Positions 7,696 to 15,827 of a stretch of DNA of 36,922 nucleotides are shown here, piece by piece. The notes beneath the pieces were generated by a model. That model saw only the letters and a list, made by a program, of their open reading frames with translations. It did not search any database and was not told where the DNA came from. The translations under genes were made by a program, and so were the position numbers. The stretch lies in IMG/VR virus record IMGVR_UViG_3300037851_000155, positions 1-36,922 of that record; one strand, 5' to 3'. Numbering within the stretch: position 1 is the stretch's first letter; every line of letters begins with the position of its first letter. This DNA comes from a virus (taxonomy: Duplodnaviria; Caudoviricetes).

Positions 7696-8447
7696 AGATC
7701 GTCCGGATCCCGGTGGTAGTCCCGAGTCACAAGCGTTGGGACAAGGTGGTTGTCAAGAGGGCGGTTGCCGGGGTGATTTTGTGTGTCCCGGAATCCCAGG
7801 CCGATCTCTACCGGGAACACAACGGAGATGTCGAGATCGTCAGTCACCCCGATTCAATCAAGGGCCTGTCGCTCAAGCGGCAGTGGATCCTGGAGCATTG
7901 GGGGGGGGAGGTGTTTCAGATTGATGATGATGTCGATGCCCTGCTCCGGATGTACCTGGAACCTAATGACTTCCGGGAGATGCGAGTCGAACCGGACCGG
8001 GTTAGAACGCTGATCGACCACACGGCATACATGGCCCGGCAGATGGGAGCCTTCCTGTTTGGCTTCAATGCCTCGATGGATGCCCGAGATTACACCGGGA
8101 TCCGACCTTTCCGGCTCAAAGGGTATTGCCTGGGGGCCGGCATCGGGATCCTCCGGGGGAGTAAGTTGAGGTTCAGTGATCGTGTGGTGGCAGGGACCGA
8201 TTTTTACATCAGTCTGTTGAACGCATACCACCACCGCCATGCCATGTTTGACTTGCGGTTCGGGTGGAGGGCTCTGAAAACCTTCAAGAACGCCGGAGGA
8301 ATGTCCGAGTACCAGACCCCGGCAACGGAACAGCGTGACTATGAAACGCTCCGCCGGATGTTTGGGGATGCCGTTGTGCCGAAGAAGAAGCCCAGGCCAC
8401 ACAAGTATAGCCACGAGTGGGAGAAGATGATGCACCTACCCTTTTAA
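7674..8447 (+). CDS. TAGT/GREB1-like GT-A glycosyltransferase
   Basis: VPSHKR, GLSLKRQWIL, FQIDDDV (DxD), GAFLFGF, DFYISL, TFKNAGG, LRRMFGD motifs; adjacent to the ParB-like gene. Confidence 0.75.
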   Translation: MAETSEVEIVRIPVVVPSHKRWDKVVVKRAVAGVILCVPESQADLYREHNGDVEIVSHPDSIKGLSLKRQWILEHWGGEVFQIDDDVDALLRMYLEPNDFREMRVEPDRVRTLIDHTAYMARQMGAFLFGFNASMDARDYTGIRPFRLKGYCLGAGIGILRGSKLRFSDRVVAGTDFYISLLNAYHHRHAMFDLRFGWRALKTFKNAGGMSEYQTPATEQRDYETLRRMFGDAVVPKKKPRPHKYSHEWEKMMHLPF

Positions 8448-8457
8448 CGGAGGCTCT

Positions 8458-8697
8458 ATGCGGGAGTCGATCGGATGGACCGCCCTGGCAATCGTTGTTG
8501 TCATGTTCCTGGTCTGGATCTTTCTCCCGGCCGGCTTTCACTGCAAACGGGAGGGCCACAGTTTGATTCAGTTGACATATTACCCGGACACCTGGGCTTG
8601 TAGCCGGTGCGGCTCTATTGTGTTTGTGGTCCGGCCTGGCCCCTCGGTCCTGGGCCTTCCCGATACGGTTGTAGTTATCGGGAGCGAAAAGCCTTAA
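8458..8697 (+). CDS. membrane-anchored protein with Cys/His (Zn-ribbon-like) motif
   Basis: GGAGG RBS; N-terminal TM helix; CKREGH...CSRCG. Confidence 0.6.
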   Translation: MRESIGWTALAIVVVMFLVWIFLPAGFHCKREGHSLIQLTYYPDTWACSRCGSIVFVVRPGPSVLGLPDTVVVIGSEKP

Positions 8698-8788
8698 AAC
8701 AAGTAAACAAAGTTGATTTTGCTTGTCGATTTGGCTTGACATGGCTGACGTGCAAGATTAGATTCTGACTGTAAGTTATTTACAGTCA
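8686..8788 (+). promoter_or_regulatory. sigma70-type promoter (copy 1) with inverted repeat at the start site
   Basis: TTGACA 8736-8741, 17 bp spacer, TAGATT 8759-8764; TGACTGTAA-N5-TTACAGTCA 8766-8788; upstream blocks repeated at 11424-11479. Confidence 0.75.
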
Positions 8789-8806
8789 ATCACTTGGAGG
8801 TCGGCC

Positions 8807-9052
8807 ATGACACAATCGGGGATGGAGTTAGTCCGGCAGAAAATGGCAGACCGGGCCGGCCGCATGGGTCGCAATTCGGTCGGCCTCTCCTGGTGGTTGA
8901 ACTTTGGGACGAAGTATGCTTGCAAGGTTGTGATTCTGGATTCCGAGTTCCTGGGCTTTCGCGGCCCCCGGTCTTGTCCGTCCTGGAAGTTGACAGTTCG
9001 GCATGATTCCGGGGAGATCGAGCCAATCGTTGTCTATCAGTTGCCACAGTAA
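8807..9052 (+). CDS. hypothetical protein
   Basis: GGAGG RBS; first gene after the promoter. Confidence 0.65.
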   Translation: MTQSGMELVRQKMADRAGRMGRNSVGLSWWLNFGTKYACKVVILDSEFLGFRGPRSCPSWKLTVRHDSGEIEPIVVYQLPQ

Positions 9053-9064
9053 GGAGGACCCCTA

Positions 9065-9688
9065 ATGGCCAGAGTGCCGAAAGTTGGAGATCGCGTTCGC
9101 ATCAACTACCGGATCGGGGACCCAAAGTTCAAGTTGGCTTTTGACAACCGGCCCGGGATGATCACAGAAGCCAGCCGGGACGGATCGACCCGGATGTACC
9201 GGGTGAAGTTTGATAGCCCGGCCCGGGTGGAGGGCCTGGACCCGGTCGAGTCGGATCTGTTCCCCCGGAATTGGCTTGTTGTCGAGAAACCGGTCACGGT
9301 GGAGGACCTGGCGGCGGCACAGTCAGATGAAGCCGGCCGGCTCGAAACCTGGATCCGGTCGATCTTGACGAATGACGAAGCCTCGAGCGACACGGAGTTG
9401 GTCGAGCATTTCGTGAATGAGGGCGGCCTGGACCGGACAGTGGCTCAGTTGTGGGTGTCGAAACGGTCAGAGTTCCTGAAAGCCCCCCTGGAGTCCGGCA
9501 GTATCCCCGCCCCGGATCCGGTCCCGGCTCCCGAGAAGAAGGACCCGAAGCGGGAGTCGGAGATGTGGTGCAAGTGCGGGTCGGCCTGGACGTTCGGGAC
9601 CTACCCCCAGGACGGCGAGTGCGAGTGCGGGATCAAGAAGCATCACGTTCATTGTGGTAACTGCGGGAAAGTCTCGCAGATCGGTTGA
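9065..9688 (+). CDS. multidomain hypothetical protein (SH3-like, helical, C-terminal Zn finger)
   Basis: AAGGAGG RBS; PKVGDRVRI; LTNDEASSDTELVEHF; WCKCG...CECG..KHHVHCGNCG. Confidence 0.75.
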   Translation: MARVPKVGDRVRINYRIGDPKFKLAFDNRPGMITEASRDGSTRMYRVKFDSPARVEGLDPVESDLFPRNWLVVEKPVTVEDLAAAQSDEAGRLETWIRSILTNDEASSDTELVEHFVNEGGLDRTVAQLWVSKRSEFLKAPLESGSIPAPDPVPAPEKKDPKRESEMWCKCGSAWTFGTYPQDGECECGIKKHHVHCGNCGKVSQIG

Positions 9689-9716
9689 ACCGTTGCAATC
9701 TGAAAGGACCCCTCAG

Positions 9717-9917
9717 ATGAGTACCCCAACAGTCGGAACGTACAAAGGCAACCCGGTGCTGACCCTCAACCCGGAGTCAAAGTTCCCGTTCACGTTCGGC
9801 CTCAAGAAAGCCGAGATGATCCTGGAGAACCTGGAGGCGATCGAGAAGTTTGTCCGGGCCAGCAAGGAAGTCCCGGCACCGGTGGAGGCTCCGCCGGCGG
9901 TGGCAGATGCCGCGTAG
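9717..9917 (+). CDS. small phage protein (possible PC4-like fold)
   Basis: GAAAGGA RBS; YKGNPVLTL...FTFGLKKAEMILENLEAIEKFV. Confidence 0.7.
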   Translation: MSTPTVGTYKGNPVLTLNPESKFPFTFGLKKAEMILENLEAIEKFVRASKEVPAPVEAPPAVADAA

Positions 9918-9926
9918 TGCAGAGGG

Positions 9927-9954
9927 GCCTGGGGGACCATACAGTCCCCCGGGC
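9927..9954 (+). other. intergenic GC-rich hairpin
   Basis: GCCTGGGGGAC-cataca-GTCCCCCGGGC; no U tract. Confidence 0.45.
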
Positions 9955-10009
9955 TAATGCACAGTCCCGGTCCCAAGTCCGGGCAGACAATCCACGAAGG
10001 AGGACCCCA

Positions 10010-10345
10010 ATGTCAGAAGCGAGAATCGAGTCCACGCCCTGGTTGCCGGTGCCGAGTTTGGGCGGCTACTTCCGGATCGAGCAAGTCAGTTCAGCCGGTC
10101 ACAAAAGTCTGGTGTTCGCACCGTTCACCCCGGACGGCGGGATTGATGTCGAGTCGGCCTGTGATGTTGACATGGCCAGGATCCCCGAGAACGATCGGCA
10201 GAATTGCCTGGAAGTGCAATCCTACCTGGAGGTGACGTTCGGACCCCTCCGGGATCTGTTCACCGGCAACGCCTTCAATGACACAGAAGTCCGAGTAAAG
10301 TCACCCCTGGCCTGGGCCGGGATCAGCAGTTCAACCGTACAGTAA
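10010..10345 (+). CDS. hypothetical protein
   Basis: AAGGAGG RBS; MSEARIES... in frame with ORF 9917..10345. Confidence 0.65.
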   Translation: MSEARIESTPWLPVPSLGGYFRIEQVSSAGHKSLVFAPFTPDGGIDVESACDVDMARIPENDRQNCLEVQSYLEVTFGPLRDLFTGNAFNDTEVRVKSPLAWAGISSSTVQ

Positions 10346-10364
10346 CGCAGAAAGGACCCCTCAG

Positions 10365-11378
10365 ATGGCACACAACCTGAATATCAAGAATGGCCGGGCG
10401 AGTATGATGTATTTCGGGGAATCTCCCTGGCACCGCCTGGGCCAGAAGTTGGACCGGCCGGCCACGGCCGAAGAAGCGATCAAGGCGGCTCAGATGGATT
10501 ACGAAGTTCGCCCCTATCCGGTGTTTGCGGAGGTCAATGGGGTGATGGTCCCTGTCCCGGATCGCTTTGCCACGGTCCGGACCGACACCCGGGAGGCCCT
10601 GGGAGTCGTGTCGTCCGGGTACCGGATCCTCCAGAACGCGAAGGCTTTCGAGTTCTTTGACGGCCTGGTCGGATCCGGGGAGGCTATGTATCACACGGCC
10701 GGAGTCCTCGGTCGCGGCGAACGGGTCTGGATCCTGGCGAAGTTGCCGGACTACATCCGGATCAATGGGGAGGACATTGTTGAGAAGTATCTGCTTCTCA
10801 CGCACGGTCACGATGGCAAGACAGCCATTGTGGGGAAGGTCACTCCGATCCGAGTGGTTTGCGAGAACACCCTGTCGCAAGCCATGAGCCTCGCCGGCCT
10901 CTCGGTGAAAGTCAGCCACACCTCCGGAATGGAGGACAACCTCCGGAAGGCCCACCAGATGCTCGGCCTGACCAACAAGTTGTACGCGGACCTGGGCGAG
11001 ATCTTCAAGGCCATGTCGCTCCGGAAGATCACCTCCCGCGAGTTGGTTGACTATGTGACCAACCTGGTACCGGACCTGGACCCGAAAGTCGGAGAGGATC
11101 CGGACAAGTATGACAACCGGAACCGGAACCGCTTTGAAACCCGAGACAAGATCCTCGAATTGGTCGAAGTCGGTCGGGGATCGGCACCGGGGACCCTTTG
11201 GGGAGCCTACAACGGAGTCACGGAGTTCGCGGATCATGTCGGTCGGCAGAACGCGGATCCCGGGGACATCGCTCGGGCCTCCATGTTTGGGGCTCGGGAG
11301 GACCTGAAAGTCCGGGCCTTTGACCTGGCGAAGTCGATCCTCGCCGGCGGGTCCTGGGGTCCAGAGGCGGTCAACTGA
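10365..11378 (+). CDS. DUF932 / TIGR03299-like phage-plasmid protein
   Basis: PWHRLG, LGVVSSGYRILQN, TAGVLGRGERVWILAKLP, HDG, TPIRVVCENTL, TLWGAYNGVTEFADH. Confidence 0.92.
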   Translation: MAHNLNIKNGRASMMYFGESPWHRLGQKLDRPATAEEAIKAAQMDYEVRPYPVFAEVNGVMVPVPDRFATVRTDTREALGVVSSGYRILQNAKAFEFFDGLVGSGEAMYHTAGVLGRGERVWILAKLPDYIRINGEDIVEKYLLLTHGHDGKTAIVGKVTPIRVVCENTLSQAMSLAGLSVKVSHTSGMEDNLRKAHQMLGLTNKLYADLGEIFKAMSLRKITSRELVDYVTNLVPDLDPKVGEDPDKYDNRNRNRFETRDKILELVEVGRGSAPGTLWGAYNGVTEFADHVGRQNADPGDIARASMFGAREDLKVRAFDLAKSILAGGSWGPEAVN

Positions 11379-11384
11379 AACACA

Positions 11385-11420
11385 AGGGCGGGGGATCCTG
11401 TCGGGGTCCCCGGCCTTTTT
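11385..11420 (+). terminator. intrinsic terminator
   Basis: GGGGATCC-tgtc-GGGGTCCCC stem (with G-U pairs) followed by CCTTTTT. Confidence 0.75.
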
Positions 11421-11423
11421 CCG

Positions 11424-11530
11424 GAAAAGCCTGAATCCGAGTAAACATAGCACGATGGCGGTGTCGATTTGGCTTGACAAGGTGTTCGTTGGAGCAGATG
11501 CTCTGAGTGGATTCAATAACACTCGGAGGT
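11424..11530 (+). promoter_or_regulatory. promoter copy 2 (repeat of 8686-8741)
   Basis: GAAAAGCCT, AGTAAACA and TGTCGATTTGGCTTGACA at identical spacing to copy 1; -10 degenerate; CACTCGGAGGT RBS. Confidence 0.65.
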
Positions 11531-11535
11531 TTGCA

Positions 11536-11721
11536 ATGACACGGAGATTGGTTCGGTTCCTGGGATCCCGGAGGGTCGAGTTCCTGGAAAGCACCGATGC
11601 AAAGGAGATCCGGTCCTTCATCCGGGAAGTAGAGGCGGCCGGCCTGGTAGTGGTGTATCAGTTGGCAGTTGGGATGGTCAATGTGGTCCGGGCGGAGGAT
11701 CCCCGGGTGGAGTCACGATGA
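11536..11721 (+). CDS. hypothetical protein
   Basis: GGAGG RBS; MTRRLVRFLG... Confidence 0.65.
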   Translation: MTRRLVRFLGSRRVEFLESTDAKEIRSFIREVEAAGLVVVYQLAVGMVNVVRAEDPRVESR

Positions 11722-12474
11722 AGATGAAGGATTGCCGGGTGTATCATTTCGGATACGGCTTCCGGACAAGGGGCGTAGACATCCTGGCCGACAGTGAAGA
11801 TACGGCCGTTGCTCACCTTGTCCGGATCACCGGCAAGCCGGAGTTGATCCACCGCAAGCCCAAGTCGGTCCGGGAGTACCGGCCGGACCAGGACCTCGGC
11901 AGAGTCGAAGTCGCTGATGAAGTGATGGCAAGCCAGTTGTCGGCGGAACGGTTCCCCCTCCTGGCGGCCCTGGGGCCGAAGTCGATCAGTCCCGAGTGGG
12001 TAGTCGATCGCTACACGGGCAAGGTCCGGCCGGCCGGGGAGTTCGCAGATTTCCCGGAGTGGATCCTTGACAAGTCGAACCGGCCAACGGTCGATGAAGT
12101 GCAACGGCGGGGAGGGAAGGTCAACGCCGGCGGCGGCCTGGATGAACAAATCGCGATCCTGGCCCAAGCCGTCAGTTGGATTGGCGAGTGGACCGGGGAA
12201 GAATTGCGGAACGCTATCCTTGACGAGTTGGATCTGTTGCAGAAGGAGTTGTATCGGCCAACGTCCCCGGAAGCCTGGGCGGATCCGGGAGTTTGACCGC
12301 CTGGGCAATCTGTTCTCAGCCGCCCCGGACCTTTACAATGCCCTTGTCGCTATGCTTGAGTCGCACCCTCACCGTCCCGGAGATTGCTATTCCGATGATT
12401 ACATGGGCCAGTGTGTGTGCGAACGTGGCATGGCCGAACGGGCAATCGCAAAGGCGGAAGGGAGGGAAGCATGA
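11718..12474 (+). CDS. hypothetical protein, apparently split by a +1 frameshift near 12277-12279
   Basis: ORF 11718-12296 ends EAWADPGV; the +1 frame continues RIREFDRLGNLFSAAPDLYNAL...AERAIAKAEG (common phage AAPDLL...AIAKAEG domain) to 12474. Confidence 0.55.
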
Positions 12475-13073
12475 CACCCGGTAGGTATCAAGTCGTGACG
12501 GTCGGAGGGTACGACCTCTCAGAAGTCGCGTCGGCCTTCCAGAAAGAAGTCCGGCGGGGGAACGAAGGGCTGTCCCTGTTTTGGGCGAGTGAGATGGACC
12601 TGTCCGGGTATGGGGAGTACGCCTGGAAACGGCTCCGGATCATGGTAAGTGAGGACATCGGCCTGGCCGAACCTATGCTCCCGGCGGTGATTGATGCTCT
12701 GTACCGGACCTGGAAGGACCTCCGGGCGAAGAAAGATCAACCGCAACCGTCCCCCCGCTTGATGTTGGTTCAAGCGGTGATGATGTGTGCGAACGCGAAG
12801 AAGTCCAGGGCGGTCTGCCATGCGTCAATCGTCACATACCGGTCAAGGCCGAAGGTCGAGATGCCGGATTACGCTCTCGACAAACACACCCGGCGGGGAA
12901 GGCAGAAAGGCCGGGGCTTCAAACACTTCTTTGAGGAAGGCGCGAAGTTGTGGCCGGTGGCCGACATCCCGGATCCCTATGAAGCGGAGGCCCGGCGGAT
13001 CCTGGAGGGCGGGAACGCGGACCCGGAGCCGGAGGCGGATCCTGGCGACGGCGAACCGTTGATGTTGCTGTAA
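12471..13073 (+). CDS. stand-alone RarA/MgsA C-terminal-like domain (no ATPase)
   Basis: SAFQKEVRRG, WKRLRIMVSEDIGLAEP, RLMLVQAV...AKKSR, PDYALDKHTRRG; no Walker A/B. Confidence 0.75.
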   Translation: MTPGRYQVVTVGGYDLSEVASAFQKEVRRGNEGLSLFWASEMDLSGYGEYAWKRLRIMVSEDIGLAEPMLPAVIDALYRTWKDLRAKKDQPQPSPRLMLVQAVMMCANAKKSRAVCHASIVTYRSRPKVEMPDYALDKHTRRGRQKGRGFKHFFEEGAKLWPVADIPDPYEAEARRILEGGNADPEPEADPGDGEPLMLL

Positions 13074-13136
13074 GTCCTGGGGCTGATTCGGTGTCGATAC
13101 CGGGTCAGCCCCTTTCCATGTCAAAGCGAGTCCTGA

Positions 13137-13730
13137 ATGGCATACGCGAACCTGGATCAAGTTGCACACCTTCTGATGCTTACCCCTCGCCAAGTCAACA
13201 ACCTGGTGAAAGAGGGGATGCCGAAAGTGGCAAGGGGCGAGTACGACGTTGTGGCTGTCGTGCATTGGTACATCCGGAAGATGAAGGCCCAAGTGGATGC
13301 GGCCCGGCGGGGCGACGAAACCGAAGTGCAAGCCAGGGCAAGGCTTGTGAAGGCAACGGCGGACCTCCGGGAGATGGATTTGGCGAAGCAACGGGAGGAA
13401 GTGATCGGGTTACTCGATGTGAGGGCGAACCTGGAGGAAGTCCTTGTTGCCACAAGGGCTAAGATCATAGGGCTCCCCAGGCGAGCCGCACCGCAGTTGG
13501 TGGGCCGGGACAGCCCGGCAGAGATCCAAAAATTCCTGGAAGAATTGGTCTATGAGGCCCTTGATGAACTTGCAAATCTACCGGAGCGATCGGTCCGCCC
13601 TCGAAAGGCTGACGCGTCAAGTGATACCGTCGGCCTGGAGGGTGTTGAGGCCCCCGCCAAAGTTAAGCGTAAGCGGTTGGGCGGATCAGTACCGGATGTT
13701 GTCGCCGGAGTCGTCGGCGGAACCGGGTAA
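13137..13730 (+). CDS. terS: terminase small subunit (Nu1-like)
   Basis: N-terminal wHTH QVAHLLMLTPRQVNNLVKEGMP...YDVVAVVHWY, coiled coil ARARLVKA; precedes terL. Confidence 0.85.
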   Translation: MAYANLDQVAHLLMLTPRQVNNLVKEGMPKVARGEYDVVAVVHWYIRKMKAQVDAARRGDETEVQARARLVKATADLREMDLAKQREEVIGLLDVRANLEEVLVATRAKIIGLPRRAAPQLVGRDSPAEIQKFLEELVYEALDELANLPERSVRPRKADASSDTVGLEGVEAPAKVKRKRLGGSVPDVVAGVVGGTG

Positions 13731-15462
13731 GTGGCGGACAGATAGGGCGGAGTATGAACGCGGGATCATGGATGCCTTTTCGGATCCTCTGATTGAGCAA
13801 GTTTACATTATGTCGGCCTCGCAGCTTGGCAAGACGGACATTTTGTTGAACGTGTCGGCCTGTTTCATGGACCAGGATCCCGGCCCGATGTTAGTGATGT
13901 TGCCGACCCTGGACCTGGCCCGGTCCTGGAGCAAAGACAGATTCACGCCGATGGTCCGGGATACGCAGAAAATCCGGGGGTTGATTGCCGGGCCTCGCAC
14001 GAAGGACAGTAGCAACGAAACCTTGCACAAGAAGTTTCCGGGCGGCCACGTTACGTTTTGCGGGGCTAACTCCCCCGCCTCGCTATCGAGCCGCCCGGTC
14101 AGGATCCTACTGATGGATGAAGTGGACCGGTATCCTTCAAGTGCCGGAACCGAAGGCGACCCGGTGGACCTTGCGATCAAGCGGACGCAGACCTTCTGGA
14201 ACCGCAAGATAGGTATGACCTCCAGCCCGACAGTTGCCGGTGTCTCAAGAATCGAGTTGGCATACGAATCCTCGGATAAGCGGAGGTACTTTGTCCCCTG
14301 TCCCAAGTGCGGCACGTTCCAAGTTCTGATGTGGAAGGGGATCAAGTTTGACAAACACAACCTCTCCCGGGTTTGGTACGAGTGCGAGTCGTGCCATGCG
14401 GAGTTGGGGGAAACCGATAAGTACCGGATGATCCGGAGGGGGGAGTGGAGGGCGGAGTTCCCGGAACGGATCAAGTTGGCCGGCTTTCACTTGAACGAGT
14501 TGGTGTCGCCGTGGTCCACCTGGGTCGGCGTAGTCGAAAATTTTTTGAAGGCGAAGAAGCGGTTAGAAACGCTGAAAGTATGGGTGAACACGGCCCTCGG
14601 GGAAACCTTCCAGGAGGAAGAATCCTTCACGATCAGTTCAGAGAAATTGGCCGAACGCCTGGAGGACTATGACAAGGTGCCGGCTGACGTGATGATGCTC
14701 ACGGCCGGGGTGGACACGCAAGACGATCGACTTGAGGTTGTTGTCAAGGGATGGGGTTTTCACGATGAATCCTGGCTCATAGACAAGCGGGTGATCTACG
14801 GATCCCCGGGCCGGGAAGATACCTGGAAGATGTTGTCAGACTACCTGGGGCAGACCTGGGAAACGGAGAGAAAGTTCTCCCTGGGGATCCTCAGCGTGTG
14901 CATCGACTCCGGGGGGCATTTCACGCAGAATGTTTACAAGTATACGAAGAAGAACCAGGGCCGGAGGTTCTTTGCAACCAAAGGCTACGGGGGACACGGC
15001 CGGCCGTTGATTGGTAAGGCGAGTAGGAACAACCGGGTCCGGGCGGTTGTGATCCCGATAGGAGTTGACACAGCAAAGGAGTTGGTGTATGACCGCCTGG
15101 GGATTGACGAACCGGGCCCGGGCTTCATGCACTTTCCCCGCCTGGCCGATGATGAGTACTTTCAGCAGTTGACGGCGGAGAAGCAAGTCACGCAGTATAA
15201 CAAGGGCTTCCCGAAAAAGGTGTGGGTGTTGAAGGAGGGCCGCAGAAACGAGATGCTGGATTGCGAAGTCCTGAACCTGGCCGCGTACACGCTGTTGAAC
15301 CCGAACATGGCCAGGATCAAGGCGGAGTTGGATGTTCTGGCAAAGGAACACGAAACACCGGAGGACAAAGTGGAAGTCGAAACGCCAAATGTCCCAACGC
15401 CGAAGCTACGCCCCAGGACCGGCCGTAGAGGGCCACGGGGCGGCTTTGTCGGGAGGTGGTGA
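13552..15462 (+). CDS. terL: terminase large subunit (lambda gpA family)
   Basis: SVSGWADQYR, SASQLGKT Walker A, LLMDEVDRY Walker B, SSPT, CPKCG, TAGVDTQDDRLE, CIDSGG, RNEMLDC; start may be 13564. Confidence 0.97.
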   Translation: MRPLMNLQIYRSDRSALERLTRQVIPSAWRVLRPPPKLSVSGWADQYRMLSPESSAEPGKWRTDRAEYERGIMDAFSDPLIEQVYIMSASQLGKTDILLNVSACFMDQDPGPMLVMLPTLDLARSWSKDRFTPMVRDTQKIRGLIAGPRTKDSSNETLHKKFPGGHVTFCGANSPASLSSRPVRILLMDEVDRYPSSAGTEGDPVDLAIKRTQTFWNRKIGMTSSPTVAGVSRIELAYESSDKRRYFVPCPKCGTFQVLMWKGIKFDKHNLSRVWYECESCHAELGETDKYRMIRRGEWRAEFPERIKLAGFHLNELVSPWSTWVGVVENFLKAKKRLETLKVWVNTALGETFQEEESFTISSEKLAERLEDYDKVPADVMMLTAGVDTQDDRLEVVVKGWGFHDESWLIDKRVIYGSPGREDTWKMLSDYLGQTWETERKFSLGILSVCIDSGGHFTQNVYKYTKKNQGRRFFATKGYGGHGRPLIGKASRNNRVRAVVIPIGVDTAKELVYDRLGIDEPGPGFMHFPRLADDEYFQQLTAEKQVTQYNKGFPKKVWVLKEGRRNEMLDCEVLNLAAYTLLNPNMARIKAELDVLAKEHETPEDKVEVETPNVPTPKLRPRTGRRGPRGGFVGRW

Positions 15463-15674
15463 TGCACGTTCAATTATCCCCCGAGAATCGAGACAAGGTA
15501 GTCCAAGCCTCCGGGGTGTCCGGAGTGTCGGTCAATCGACTGGTCAACCTTTTGATCGAAGCCGTTGACATGATGGAGGTTGCAACCGTCCTTCGGGTCA
15601 GGGTCCAGATCCCGGAGGCCACTCCGCCGAAGAAGATCTACCGGCACAGAAAGAATTGGGTCCAGACATTCTGA
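15462..15674 (+). CDS. ribbon-helix-helix-like small protein
   Basis: GGAGG RBS; MHVQLSPENRDKVVQASGVSGVSVNRLVNLLIE has an Arc/CopG-like pattern. Confidence 0.55.
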   Translation: MHVQLSPENRDKVVQASGVSGVSVNRLVNLLIEAVDMMEVATVLRVRVQIPEATPPKKIYRHRKNWVQTF

Positions 15675-15738
15675 CGTGCTATCACTGTTAGTCTGTCAGA
15701 CATTTGACATTGACCCGGGTACGTTCAAGTGGTAAGTT
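15663..15738 (+). promoter_or_regulatory. internal promoter for the morphogenesis operon with upstream GACATT repeats
   Basis: TTGACC 15710-15715, 17 bp spacer, TGn-TAAGTT 15733-15738; CAGACATT at 15663 and 15697, TGACATT at 15705. Confidence 0.55.
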
Positions 15739-15783
15739 AGACCGTCACGGCTAAGTGCCGGGCTTGGTCCCTTTCCACGTCAG

Positions 15784-15815
15784 GCGGGTCCCCTGTTTGC
15801 GGCAGGGGATCCGCC
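15784..15815 (+). other. strong leader hairpin upstream of the gpW-like gene
   Basis: GGCGGGTCCCCTG-tttgcgg-CAGGGGATCCGCC. Confidence 0.5.
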
Positions 15816-15827
15816 GGTATACTGAGA

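Noticed and set aside
10323-11621. 432-aa minus-strand ORF
   Set aside because: Shadow of the DUF932 gene; no recognisable domain
13552-13730. Long terS/terL overlap as a special feature
   Set aside because: Overlap is common in lambda-type terminase pairs and the true terL start is uncertain
15740-15827. tRNA-like or known ncRNA in the late leader
   Set aside because: No cloverleaf or T-loop consensus; only simple hairpins
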